Source of the DNA: Alphaproteobacteria bacterium
Lineage (GTDB): Bacteria; Pseudomonadota; Alphaproteobacteria; Sphingomonadales; JAKSBY01
Length of the DNA: 64,000 nucleotides
Direction: 5' to 3'
Assembly: GCA_021774625.1 (NCBI GenBank)
Contig: JAJFIV010000030.1
Location: 493-64,492 of the forward strand
Numbering within the stretch: position 1 is the first letter of the stretch; each line of letters starts with the position of its first letter. The notes below the pieces were generated by a model. That model worked only from the letters and a program-made list of their open reading frames with translations, searched no databases and was not told the origin of the DNA. Below, in pieces: positions 9,582 through 18,334 of the stretch. The position numbers were made by a program, and so were the translations under genes.

Positions 9582-10955
9582 ATGACGAACCCGGCAAATA
9601 CCCTCGACAACCATGCGCAGACCGCCGACCGCGATCACCATCTGCATCCTTTTACCTCGCCCAAAGGACAGGCGGAGCATGGCTCTCATATCATCACCAG
9701 AGGGGAAGGCTGTTATCTGTGGGATGCCTTCGGCAACCGGTTTTTCGATGCCATGGCTGGGCTCGGCTGCGTCAATATCGGCTATGGCCGTCCGGAACTG
9801 GCGGATATTGCGGCGGAGGCTATTAAGACGCTCAGTTACTATCATGCCTTTGCCAATACAACGAACCCGTATGCGGCGGAACTGGCGGAAAAACTCAGCC
9901 AGCTTTTACCGGACGGTTTCAACCGGGTCTTTTTCTGCAATTCCGGATCGGAGGCCAATGAGACTAACCTGAAAATTGTCCGCAGTTACTGGCATGCCAA
10001 AGGCAGACCGGAACGGAAAATCGTCATTGCCCGGACCTTTGGCTATCACGGATCGACCCTGGCGACTGCCTCGCTGACCGGGCTGAAAGCCATGCATGAA
10101 CAGTTCGGCCTGCCGCTGGGCGATGCCGTCCATATCGATGCGCCCTACTGGTACCGGCAGGGTGGAGAGATGACGCCTGAGGAATATGGCATTGCCGCCG
10201 CCGATGCGCTGGAACGCAAGATCATTGAGCGGGGTCCGAAAAATATTGCGGCCTTTATCGCCGAACCCATTCAGGCGACGGCGGGAGCCATTATTGCGCC
10301 GGAAAGCTATTGGCCGGAAGTGAACCGTATCTGCAGAAAATATGAAATTCTGTTGATTGCCGATGAAGTGGTCACCGCCTTTGGCCGCACCGGCCATTGG
10401 TTCACAAGCCCTGTCTGCGGGATCGAACCGGACCTGATCACTATGGCCAAAGGTCTGTCATCCGGTTATCAGCCCATCGCCGCGGCCGCTGTCAGTGATG
10501 AAATATTCGCTGTTCTTTCCAAATCGGACGGTGTTTTTCAGCATGGCTTTACCACATCCGCCCATCCGGTGGCCTGTGCAGTGGCGCTAAAAAATATCGC
10601 ATTGCTGGAACAGGAGGGGCTTGTTGAAAATACCCGTGAGCGGATCGGACCCTATTTCCAGTCTGTTCTGCGCGATCTTCTGGAACACCCGCTGGTCGGC
10701 GAAGTCCGCGGCGAAGGTCTGATCGCCGGGATTGAGCTTTGCAAGGATAAGCCAAGCCGGGAACAATATCCTCTGGAAATGGCTGTCTGCGGCCAGGTGA
10801 CCAACCAATGCCTGATGCAGGGATTGATCCTGCGGCCCACCGGAAATTCACTGGTTTTATGCCCGCCGCTGGTGATCACTCAGGAAGAAATCGATATGGT
10901 TGCGGGCGTATTACGAACCGCTCTCGACCGGACGCTGCATGCCCTCGGCGGCTAA
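9582..10955 (+). CDS. class III (omega-type) PLP-dependent aminotransferase
   Basis: ORF 9342-10955. ATG 9582 lies 2 nt after the preceding stop. HLHPFTS.., ITRGEGCYLWDAFGNRFFDAMAGLGCVNIGYG.., FCNSGSEANE.., LIADEVVTAFGRTG. Confidence 0.8.
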   Translation: MTNPANTLDNHAQTADRDHHLHPFTSPKGQAEHGSHIITRGEGCYLWDAFGNRFFDAMAGLGCVNIGYGRPELADIAAEAIKTLSYYHAFANTTNPYAAELAEKLSQLLPDGFNRVFFCNSGSEANETNLKIVRSYWHAKGRPERKIVIARTFGYHGSTLATASLTGLKAMHEQFGLPLGDAVHIDAPYWYRQGGEMTPEEYGIAAADALERKIIERGPKNIAAFIAEPIQATAGAIIAPESYWPEVNRICRKYEILLIADEVVTAFGRTGHWFTSPVCGIEPDLITMAKGLSSGYQPIAAAAVSDEIFAVLSKSDGVFQHGFTTSAHPVACAVALKNIALLEQEGLVENTRERIGPYFQSVLRDLLEHPLVGEVRGEGLIAGIELCKDKPSREQYPLEMAVCGQVTNQCLMQGLILRPTGNSLVLCPPLVITQEEIDMVAGVLRTALDRTLHALGG

Positions 10956-11834
10956 GCTATCTTTCGGCTTTTTATTCAGCATGAACATATTCCCGACCCC
11001 GACCAGCGCCAGTCCGGCAATGGCCGGCAGACTCCAGGTATAGTCTTCGAACAGTGTCGAAATGACCAACGCCACGATCGGGAATATGATGGTGATATAA
11101 CTGGCCCGCTCCATCCCCACATTGCCGATCAGCTTCAAAAACAGCGTAAAGGCAATGATGGTGCCAAACACCGCCAGATAAACAAGCGAGGCAATATAGT
11201 CAAAGGTCATCTCGAAGACCGGCTCGTTGCCCCGGGCCAGCGCATAAAGCAGCATGAAACCGGTGCCATACAGCATTCCCCAGGCATTTTTCTGAAAGAC
11301 AGGCAGGGCCTTGCCGCCCTTTGTGCTGGCGACCGTATTACCGAACGAGGCGGAAAGCACAGCCAGCAGACAGATGCCAAGGCCCAGAAACGTCTGATCC
11401 GACAAATCAAACGCCTCGATTTCCGGCCAGAAAACCAGCGAAAGTCCGCTGATGCCGAGCAGGGCGCCCGCCAGTACCTTGCCCTCGATTTTATTGTGCA
11501 GAAAAAGCACGCCGTTGAAAATATTCATCAGGATCAAAGTTGAAAACCCGACCGCAACCAGCCCGGATGTCAGATATTCCGTCGACCAGTATGTGAGAAA
11601 ATAATTGGTTGAAAACAGAAACACGCCAAGTCCGGCAAAGATCAGATGATCTTTTGCCGTGAATCTGAGGGGGCGTCTGCTGATCAGGCAGAATCCCAGC
11701 AGCAGCAGCGCGGAAAGCCCGAACCGGTAGGCCACCGACCATTCAATGGGCACGCTGCCCAGTTGAAAGGTAATGCCGATCCAGGTCGTGCCCCAGATCA
11801 GAATCGTTACCGTATAAAGCAGGAAATTGGCCAT
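10911..11834 (-). CDS. DMT-superfamily (EamA-like) transporter
   Basis: About 10 hydrophobic segments. Begins MANFLLYTVTILIWGTTWIGI. ATG 11834 follows AGAGGA. The 3' end overlaps the aminotransferase 3' end by 45 nt (convergent). Confidence 0.75.
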   Translation of the reverse strand: MANFLLYTVTILIWGTTWIGITFQLGSVPIEWSVAYRFGLSALLLLGFCLISRRPLRFTAKDHLIFAGLGVFLFSTNYFLTYWSTEYLTSGLVAVGFSTLILMNIFNGVLFLHNKIEGKVLAGALLGISGLSLVFWPEIEAFDLSDQTFLGLGICLLAVLSASFGNTVASTKGGKALPVFQKNAWGMLYGTGFMLLYALARGNEPVFEMTFDYIASLVYLAVFGTIIAFTLFLKLIGNVGMERASYITIIFPIVALVISTLFEDYTWSLPAIAGLALVGVGNMFMLNKKPKDSLAAEGMQRPVESGS

Positions 11835-11915
11835 GTCCTCTATCCTTCCGGATGAGAAAGTTATAGCCAGACCCATAACAGGGAATGTCAGACCGCGCGA
11901 ACGATATTTTCTGGT

Positions 11916-12326
11916 TTAGCTGGTAAGCAGGGCTTGTCTGGTCCACGAAGGCTGGCGGTCGTCCATGACGACTTCATAGTCGGTTTCGCCGCCGGGCAGT
12001 CGGGTCTTCAGTGAGACCTCGATCCAGCGCGGGATCAGTTCGTTATTGAAGTCATCAATGATGGTGCCGGTAACGGCTTCGAGGCTCTCCCATTCTTTTT
12101 CCGCAAGTAAGGCGCAGTATTCGTCGAAGCTTTCCGTATTCAGGACGAAAATATCGGGGATATAGCGCACCGTCAGCTGGATATTTTCTGCCAGACCGGG
12201 GACCGAAAGTCTGCGCTCAAGGCCAATTGTATAATCCAGCCGGCTCTTTGGATTCCGGCTTGTCTCCAGGATGGACCGGCGGCGGTCGATCTCGCCGAAA
12301 TTCTCCAAAACAGCCAGTGCGCCCAT
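11916..12326 (-). CDS. small QueF-fold (T-fold) like protein lacking the QueF catalytic residues; last gene of the flagellar superoperon
   Basis: ORF 11916-12359. The preferred ATG at 12326 lies 5 nt after GGAGG and 13 nt after the upstream stop. Motif order resembles type I QueF: LETSRNP.., YTI.., VRYIPD.., LIPRWIEV.., LPGGE. The thioimide Cys context (SLCP) reads LSVP and the ESKSLK motif reads TESFDE. This comparison is from memory, not computed. Confidence 0.4.
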   Translation of the reverse strand: MGALAVLENFGEIDRRRSILETSRNPKSRLDYTIGLERRLSVPGLAENIQLTVRYIPDIFVLNTESFDEYCALLAEKEWESLEAVTGTIIDDFNNELIPRWIEVSLKTRLPGGETDYEVVMDDRQPSWTRQALLTS

Positions 12327-12339
12327 GCCGTCCTCCGTT

Positions 12340-14364
12340 TTAAATGGTGACATTTTCATGATGATCAGAATGATGGATTTTAGTTAACAGGTCGGTAACG
12401 ATAATCGGGAAAACCGCTTTTTGTTCGAACGTCAATGCGCCTTCCATGTCGCTGGATTGCAGGGCATTGAGAAACAGGCTCTTAAGCTCTGATTTTGCGC
12501 TTTCTGTTATGGTCTGCCGGCTGCGGATAATGAGATCAAAGTGCGCGCCCTTGATCAGTCCGTCCAGTTGCAGGGTGCCGAGTTCCGACAGATCAAATTC
12601 CAGTAGAAAGCGGTTTCCGGTCTTCTTTCGGCTGTCTTGGCGCAGGTTGTTTTTATTCTGCTGGTCCGCCAAATCTTCAAAAATCGGCCGGACCAGCACG
12701 GCAAGTATGTGCAGGTTCTGATCAGTCTGGAGAGGAAGCGGCAACGGCCGCCAGCCATCTGCCTGAGGGTCGGCAAATAAGCGGCCGATCCTGGTAAATT
12801 CCTCATCGAGTTTTGCCGCCAGCTGTTCCTGTCCGGCATCTTCCAGCGCGGTTGTCGCCATCGGCCCGGCCCATTCCCTGAAAGAGCCGATCTGCAGAGC
12901 CCGGGTGAGAAACAAAAGCGTGTTGGGCAATCTTGCATCCAGACGGGGCAGGCGGCTCGCCAGTTCGCCGGCGATATGCGGCGGCAACGTGGTCAGAACC
13001 GTGTAAAGATCATCGAGAAATGGCCAATCCTCGGCAAGGGCGGGCAGCGGGAGAGGCACACCGGGAATCTTTTGCGCCGGTGGAACACCCGTTGGTGGTT
13101 CTGCCGCAGTGGCAGGGGTGTTTGCAACGGCTGACTGGATGCCGGCCTGTGGGGTATTCTGCGCGGGCCCGGCCTGGGTCTGGTTAAAAGTCTGACCCGT
13201 TTCGGGAGTTGCAGAACGCTGCTGCCCTGAGGTCGGGGCAGCAACGAAAGGGGGCGTTGAAGGCACGGCTGCTGCGATTGCCACCGTCACAATCTGATTT
13301 GCCGGCAGGGGTTTCGGCGTTTGAACGGCAATATGGCCGATAGGAGTCTGTAAAATCTGCGCTCCTTCGGGCGCTTTCACCGGGCTCGCCGACAGCGGGA
13401 TGATCGCTGCCTGCACGATGATGCGGCCCGGCGGCCGGGTCGTTTTGGCCGGATTATTGCCAACCACCTGAACAGAAACTTTTTCACCCAGTTGAAAAGG
13501 AAGTGCCGCCGCGCCGCTTTTTTGCGCGCTGTTCCCGGCAAAAATAATCCGGCCAGGATAGGAAATTTCCGGCAATGCCAGAGGGGCCGAGATGTGCCGG
13601 TATGCTTGGGGCGCCGGAGCCGTACTTCCCGCCGCGACATCAGGAAGTGTAAATGTATACAGCCTTTGAATTGCCGTTTGAATATTGAAATTGCCGGCCA
13701 CTGGTTTGGCCGTTTGCAGCATCGTTGGCGGCAGGACGGGTTTCAGGGCCAGGGGAACAGCCGCCACAGTGCGGGGCAGGGACAGACTGCTTGTTTCATA
13801 TGCCAGAGCCTTGTCGAGTCCCGGTTTGAAGGATTTAGCGCTGTAAGATGTCTGAGCCGGCTTTTCGGTGTTTTGGGCGGGTAAGTCCGGGTCCAACACT
13901 TCCGGTTCCGGGTGAATGCCGATCAGGGTCAGTTGCAGAGAAACCGGCGGGTCGATCCGTTTTCCGTCGCGGGCAATCAGATCACCCTGAACGGATTTAT
14001 CGCTTTCGGTGATGCGGATTGAAACTTTGGCGCCCTCGGCAAGGCCAGCGTCGGGGCGGAGCGCGAACGTACCCTCCGCCGTTCTTAAGACCGGCCGTCC
14101 CTCGCCATCCACTGCCACCACTTCCCCCTCGACCAGTTGGCCTGTGGTCAGATGCGCCAGACTCGGTGAGACGGAAACGGCGGGATCATAGTAGCTTTTG
14201 GACCTTTGCTGGGCAGGGGGTTGCCGCGCGGGTTTTTGATCGGTTTTTTCCTGTTCGGCCCCTGGCTGGTCACGGGTCGGGCTGGATTTGGCAACCGCAC
14301 TGGGACCGCCCGTAGTGGCGGGAGGCGGTCTTTGACCCGGTGCGGTTGAGGAAACCTCGCTCAT
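12340..14364 (-). CDS. 674 aa Pro/Ala/Thr/Gln-rich protein with a FliK-like (Flg_hook-type) C-terminal domain; function unknown
   Basis: Long low-complexity central region. The C-terminus RFLLEFDLSELGTLQLDGLIKGAHFDLIIRSRQTITESAKSELKSLFLNALQSSDMEGALTF lines up with the FliK core of the canonical paralog at 27260-28807 (IDPPELGRVEVRLDF..KAHLVAENKEALELLQRDHRVLERALTDAGV). It starts 3 nt after the flhG stop. Confidence 0.45.
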   Translation of the reverse strand: MSEVSSTAPGQRPPPATTGGPSAVAKSSPTRDQPGAEQEKTDQKPARQPPAQQRSKSYYDPAVSVSPSLAHLTTGQLVEGEVVAVDGEGRPVLRTAEGTFALRPDAGLAEGAKVSIRITESDKSVQGDLIARDGKRIDPPVSLQLTLIGIHPEPEVLDPDLPAQNTEKPAQTSYSAKSFKPGLDKALAYETSSLSLPRTVAAVPLALKPVLPPTMLQTAKPVAGNFNIQTAIQRLYTFTLPDVAAGSTAPAPQAYRHISAPLALPEISYPGRIIFAGNSAQKSGAAALPFQLGEKVSVQVVGNNPAKTTRPPGRIIVQAAIIPLSASPVKAPEGAQILQTPIGHIAVQTPKPLPANQIVTVAIAAAVPSTPPFVAAPTSGQQRSATPETGQTFNQTQAGPAQNTPQAGIQSAVANTPATAAEPPTGVPPAQKIPGVPLPLPALAEDWPFLDDLYTVLTTLPPHIAGELASRLPRLDARLPNTLLFLTRALQIGSFREWAGPMATTALEDAGQEQLAAKLDEEFTRIGRLFADPQADGWRPLPLPLQTDQNLHILAVLVRPIFEDLADQQNKNNLRQDSRKKTGNRFLLEFDLSELGTLQLDGLIKGAHFDLIIRSRQTITESAKSELKSLFLNALQSSDMEGALTFEQKAVFPIIVTDLLTKIHHSDHHENVTI

Positions 14365-14367
14365 TGA

Positions 14368-15162
14368 TCAACTCGCCAGAGCCGTCACATTACTGCGGAT
14401 GCCGTGAGCGATATGGTCAACATCCTCTGCTGCTTCCGATTGGGGATGGCGCAGCAGAAGCGCCGATTGATGGCGGATGGCATCGCTGACTTTCCGGTCG
14501 GTGCGGATGATGCCCGCCAGCGGCGGTGAAAGTTTCAGAAACCCCTCGCAGGCTTTGCGTAAAGACTCATATGTTTTTTCGCCTTCGCGTTTTCCCGCCG
14601 CCTGATTAACGACGATCCGGATATCCGCGGCCTTGCCGCGCATCGCTTTCAGCTTGATAAAGGCGTAGGCGTCGGTCAGCGATGTCGGGTCGGCGGTTAG
14701 CACGACATAGACCAGACCGGCATCGTCGGAAAAGCTGGTCACCGCCTGATCGACACCGGCCGCCAAATCCAGAATTACATGATCATAAACCCCGCCCAGG
14801 TCAAAAATATCCGCTTTCAGGCTCTCAATCCTCTCACGGGTCAGCATGTTGAGCGCGCCGGACCCGGACTTTCCGGCCAGCACATCAAAGCCGCCGGCGC
14901 CGGCGCCGCTGTCTTCAAACCGCGTGACGGCGGATTTCAGCGGCAGGGCGCCGGAAATCACGTGGCCCAGATCTTTTTCCGGCATCAGGCCCAGTTGAAT
15001 ATCGATATTGGCGAGGCCGATATCGCCGTCAAACAGCAGGACTTTGCGGCCGAGCCGCGCCAGGGTGTGGGCAAGGGTTGCTGAAAACCATGTTTTTCCG
15101 ACACCGCCTTTGCCGGAGGCAACGGCAATGATTTTCGGGCTGTGATTGCGGACAGAGGTCAT
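14368..15162 (-). CDS. flhG: MinD/ParA-family ATPase FlhG (FleN/MotR)
   Basis: Deviant Walker A IIAVASGKGGVGKTW. Overlaps the flhF stop by 4 nt. Confidence 0.85.
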   Translation of the reverse strand: MTSVRNHSPKIIAVASGKGGVGKTWFSATLAHTLARLGRKVLLFDGDIGLANIDIQLGLMPEKDLGHVISGALPLKSAVTRFEDSGAGAGGFDVLAGKSGSGALNMLTRERIESLKADIFDLGGVYDHVILDLAAGVDQAVTSFSDDAGLVYVVLTADPTSLTDAYAFIKLKAMRGKAADIRIVVNQAAGKREGEKTYESLRKACEGFLKLSPPLAGIIRTDRKVSDAIRHQSALLLRHPQSEAAEDVDHIAHGIRSNVTALAS

Positions 15163-16160
15163 GGCAGGGCGCGCCTTTCTTTTTTATCTTTGGATTTTGG
15201 TTTGGGCAGGGTTGAAAACAGTTTTGCCAGTTTATAGCCGTCGGCGGGCTCCAGATTCTCCGCGACAAACGGACTGCGCCCGAGATTGGCCAGCGCCAGT
15301 CTGCCGCCATGGGCAGCGGTCAGAATGTTGGCGAACCGCCGGGCGCTGTCAAGCCGGGTTGCGATCAGGCGCGTCACACCGATTTGCGGGAAAATTTCGC
15401 CGAATTCGCGACAATCCTGCTGATCATAGCCGGCGGGTAAAACCAGGACGGGTTCCGCATCGCTGGCGCTGACCAGTTCCCAGGCATAATCCAGATCATG
15501 ATTGTCAAAGGGGTTGACCCCGGCGGTATCGATCAAAGTGATGTCCGCCTCCCTGCCGCGATCAATGGCGGATATCAGCTCATCCGGCGCGTGGGCAACG
15601 TGCGTCGTTAATTTCATCAGGGCGGCCAGTTTGGAAAGCTGTTCGATGCCGCCTGATTTAATGCCGTCCGTAGTAATCAGATTGACTGTCAGGCCGTTCA
15701 GCACGGCTTCCGCTGCAATCTTTGCTGTGGCAACGGTTTTTCCGGCCCCCGGCGGGCCGACCAGCAGCAGCGGCCGGTCTGGCAACTCCTGAATAGGCGA
15801 GAAGGCAAAGCAGGTATCAAGGGCGGAGGCCAGGGCATCGATAAAGCTTGACGCATCCACGGCCCCTGCGGCCGTCTGCAGGCGCATGGCAAGATCATAG
15901 GGCAGACCGTGATAGGTAAAGACGGCCTTTAATTCCGCCATATCGAATGGCTCGCCGCCGAGCCGCCGCCTGCCCTGTTGCACGGTCTCTTTCCGCGCCG
16001 GCTCCGGTATCTTGACCGGCAGTTTTTCATAGGCCGCCGTGACCCGGACGTTCTTCCCGGTTTCGTCGATATTGATGATTATGGCATCGGCACCGAGCTC
16101 CTCGCGAACCCGCGCCATCACCTCTTTCATGCTTTTTGCGCTATAGGTTTTCAGCCGCAT
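15159..16160 (-). CDS. flhF: flagellar biosynthesis SRP-type GTPase FlhF
   Basis: LLLVGPPGAGKTV, ITTDGIKSGGIEQL, IDTAGVNPFD. Lies immediately downstream of flhA. Confidence 0.85.
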   Translation of the reverse strand: MRLKTYSAKSMKEVMARVREELGADAIIINIDETGKNVRVTAAYEKLPVKIPEPARKETVQQGRRRLGGEPFDMAELKAVFTYHGLPYDLAMRLQTAAGAVDASSFIDALASALDTCFAFSPIQELPDRPLLLVGPPGAGKTVATAKIAAEAVLNGLTVNLITTDGIKSGGIEQLSKLAALMKLTTHVAHAPDELISAIDRGREADITLIDTAGVNPFDNHDLDYAWELVSASDAEPVLVLPAGYDQQDCREFGEIFPQIGVTRLIATRLDSARRFANILTAAHGGRLALANLGRSPFVAENLEPADGYKLAKLFSTLPKPKSKDKKERRALP

Positions 16161-16177
16161 ATTTTATTTCTGCCCCA

Positions 16178-18298
16178 TTATACCTGCCCCAGGGTCCGGA
16201 TCTTGGCCTTGGGATGAATTTCATTCTGTGACATCACGGTGGTCGAGGCCCGGAACCGTTCCACGATGGAGCGCACATAAGGCCGGATGCCCGGGCTGGT
16301 CAGAAGGACCGGGACTTCTCCCTGCTGCGCCTGCCGTTCAAAAGCGAGGCGGATGGCGCCGATAAATTCCTGTAAGCGTGAAGGCGCCATCGCAAGTTGC
16401 CGGTCCTCGCCGTTGCCGGTCAGGGATTCGGCAAAGGCCTGTTCCCATTCCGGTGACAGGGTGATCAGCGGGATAAAACCATCGCCTGTCGTGTTGGAGG
16501 ACGAGAGCTGGCGCGACAGCCGGTTGCGGACATGCTCGGTGATCATGACGACATTCTGGGTATAGCCGGTAGCTTCCGAAATGCCTTCGAGTATTGTGGC
16601 GAGATCGCGGATGGAAACCCTTTCCGCCAGCAGATTTTGCAGGACCCGCTGAATGCCCGACACGGTGATCTGGCCAGGGACCAGATCGGCGATCAGTTTC
16701 TGGCTTTCTTTCGGCAGGTCGTCCAGCAGTTTCTGGGTTTCCGCGTAAGACAGCAGATCCGGCATGTTGTCCTTGATCACTTCCGTAATATGCGTGGTCA
16801 CCACAGTTGCGGAATCAACCACCGTATAACTGCGGAAAGACGCCTCTTCCTTATAGGAAGGATCAATCCATGAGGCGGGCAGGCCAAAGGCCGGCTCCAC
16901 CGTTTCCTCGCCGGGAACGGACAGCGGTTCGCCGCGGGGGTCCATGGCCAGCAGCATGCCGGGCCGGACTTCGCCGCTACCGGCCTCGGTCTCCTTAATC
17001 CGAATGGTATAGCCGTTGGACGGCAGCTGCATATTATCGAGAATGCGCACCGAAGGCATGACAAAGCCCATGTCGCTGGCCAGTTGGCGGCGCAGCGCCT
17101 TGATCTGATCCGTCAGCCTGTAACCGGATTCATCATTGATCAGAGTCAGAAGCCCATAGCCCAGTTCCAGCCGGATCTGATCGAGGGCAAGGGCGCTGGC
17201 GATCGGTTCCTCCGCCGGTTTGACTTCGGCTTTGGCCTGTTCCTGCGCCTCGACTTCGGCGGCCACCAGATTCTTCTGTTTCTGATCCAGAAGATAGGCC
17301 ACATAGGCAAGGGTTCCGCCGACCAAGAAGAAAGGCAGAATCGGCAGGCCCGGCATCAGGCCGAGCAGGGTCAAGAGGACCGCGCTGACCCAGACCGCTT
17401 TGGGATGATAGCTGAGCTGACCGAACAGCGCTTTTTCGGTCGAGCCTGAAACACCGGCCTTGGTGACAACGAGACCGGCGGCGGTTGAGACGATCAGGGC
17501 CGGAATCTGGCTGACCAGACCGTCACCGATGGTCAGGATGGTATAGCGGTCCATGGCGTCGGAAAAGCTCATATCGTTGGTCGCCACGCCGACAATAATG
17601 CCGCCGATAATATTGATAAAGGTGATCAGAAGGCCGGCAATGGCGTCACCACGTACAAATTTCGCCGCGCCATCCATCGAGCCGAAAAAGGTGCTTTCCG
17701 CTTCCAGTTCCTTGCGCCGTGTGCGGGCGGACTCCTCATCGATCAGACCGGCGGAAAGATCGGCATCGATCGCCATCTGTTTGCCGGGCATAGCGTCGAG
17801 TGAAAAGCGCGCCGCCACTTCGGCGATACGGCCGGAGCCCTTGGTAATCACGATAAAATTGACGATGACCAGGATGGCGAAAACAATGATGCCGATGACG
17901 ACGGTGCCGCCCATCAGGAATTCACCAAAGGCCTGAATAACCCGCCCCGCGGCGTCTGCCCCGGTATGTCCTTCCGAAAGAATCAACCGGGTAGAGGCCA
18001 GATTAAGCGAAAGCCGCAGCATGGTCGCGATCAGCAGGATCGTGGGAAAGGACGAGAATTGCAGCGGCTTTTCAATGAAAAGCGAAGTCATCAGAACCAG
18101 CACCGAAAAAGTGATGGAAAGGGTCAGCATGAAATCCAGAAGCCAGCCGGGCATGGGCACGATCAGCATCAGGAGAATGCCGACCACGCCCAGCGCCATC
18201 AGCACATCGCCGCGCCGGGCGAGAAAACTCAGCCCGCCGCTGTCGCCGGGGGGAAGGCCGCCACCCTGTTTCGCGTTCCCGGTTGCGAGATCGCTCAT
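16178..18298 (-). CDS. flhA: flagellar type III export gate protein FlhA
   Basis: 706 aa. N-terminal polytopic membrane domain with FHIPEP-type motifs (RFSLDAMPGKQMAIDADL..) and a cytoplasmic C-terminal domain. Confidence 0.95.
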   Translation of the reverse strand: MSDLATGNAKQGGGLPPGDSGGLSFLARRGDVLMALGVVGILLMLIVPMPGWLLDFMLTLSITFSVLVLMTSLFIEKPLQFSSFPTILLIATMLRLSLNLASTRLILSEGHTGADAAGRVIQAFGEFLMGGTVVIGIIVFAILVIVNFIVITKGSGRIAEVAARFSLDAMPGKQMAIDADLSAGLIDEESARTRRKELEAESTFFGSMDGAAKFVRGDAIAGLLITFINIIGGIIVGVATNDMSFSDAMDRYTILTIGDGLVSQIPALIVSTAAGLVVTKAGVSGSTEKALFGQLSYHPKAVWVSAVLLTLLGLMPGLPILPFFLVGGTLAYVAYLLDQKQKNLVAAEVEAQEQAKAEVKPAEEPIASALALDQIRLELGYGLLTLINDESGYRLTDQIKALRRQLASDMGFVMPSVRILDNMQLPSNGYTIRIKETEAGSGEVRPGMLLAMDPRGEPLSVPGEETVEPAFGLPASWIDPSYKEEASFRSYTVVDSATVVTTHITEVIKDNMPDLLSYAETQKLLDDLPKESQKLIADLVPGQITVSGIQRVLQNLLAERVSIRDLATILEGISEATGYTQNVVMITEHVRNRLSRQLSSSNTTGDGFIPLITLSPEWEQAFAESLTGNGEDRQLAMAPSRLQEFIGAIRLAFERQAQQGEVPVLLTSPGIRPYVRSIVERFRASTTVMSQNEIHPKAKIRTLGQV

Positions 18299-18334
18299 GA
18301 AAATGCCCTTATTGCTGCCACACCCACACCGTTA

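Noticed and set aside
10418-10432. GGGATCGAACCGGAC, reminiscent of a tRNA T-arm
   Set aside because: It lies in frame inside the aminotransferase (..CGIEPDL..) and no acceptor or anticodon arms can be built around it.
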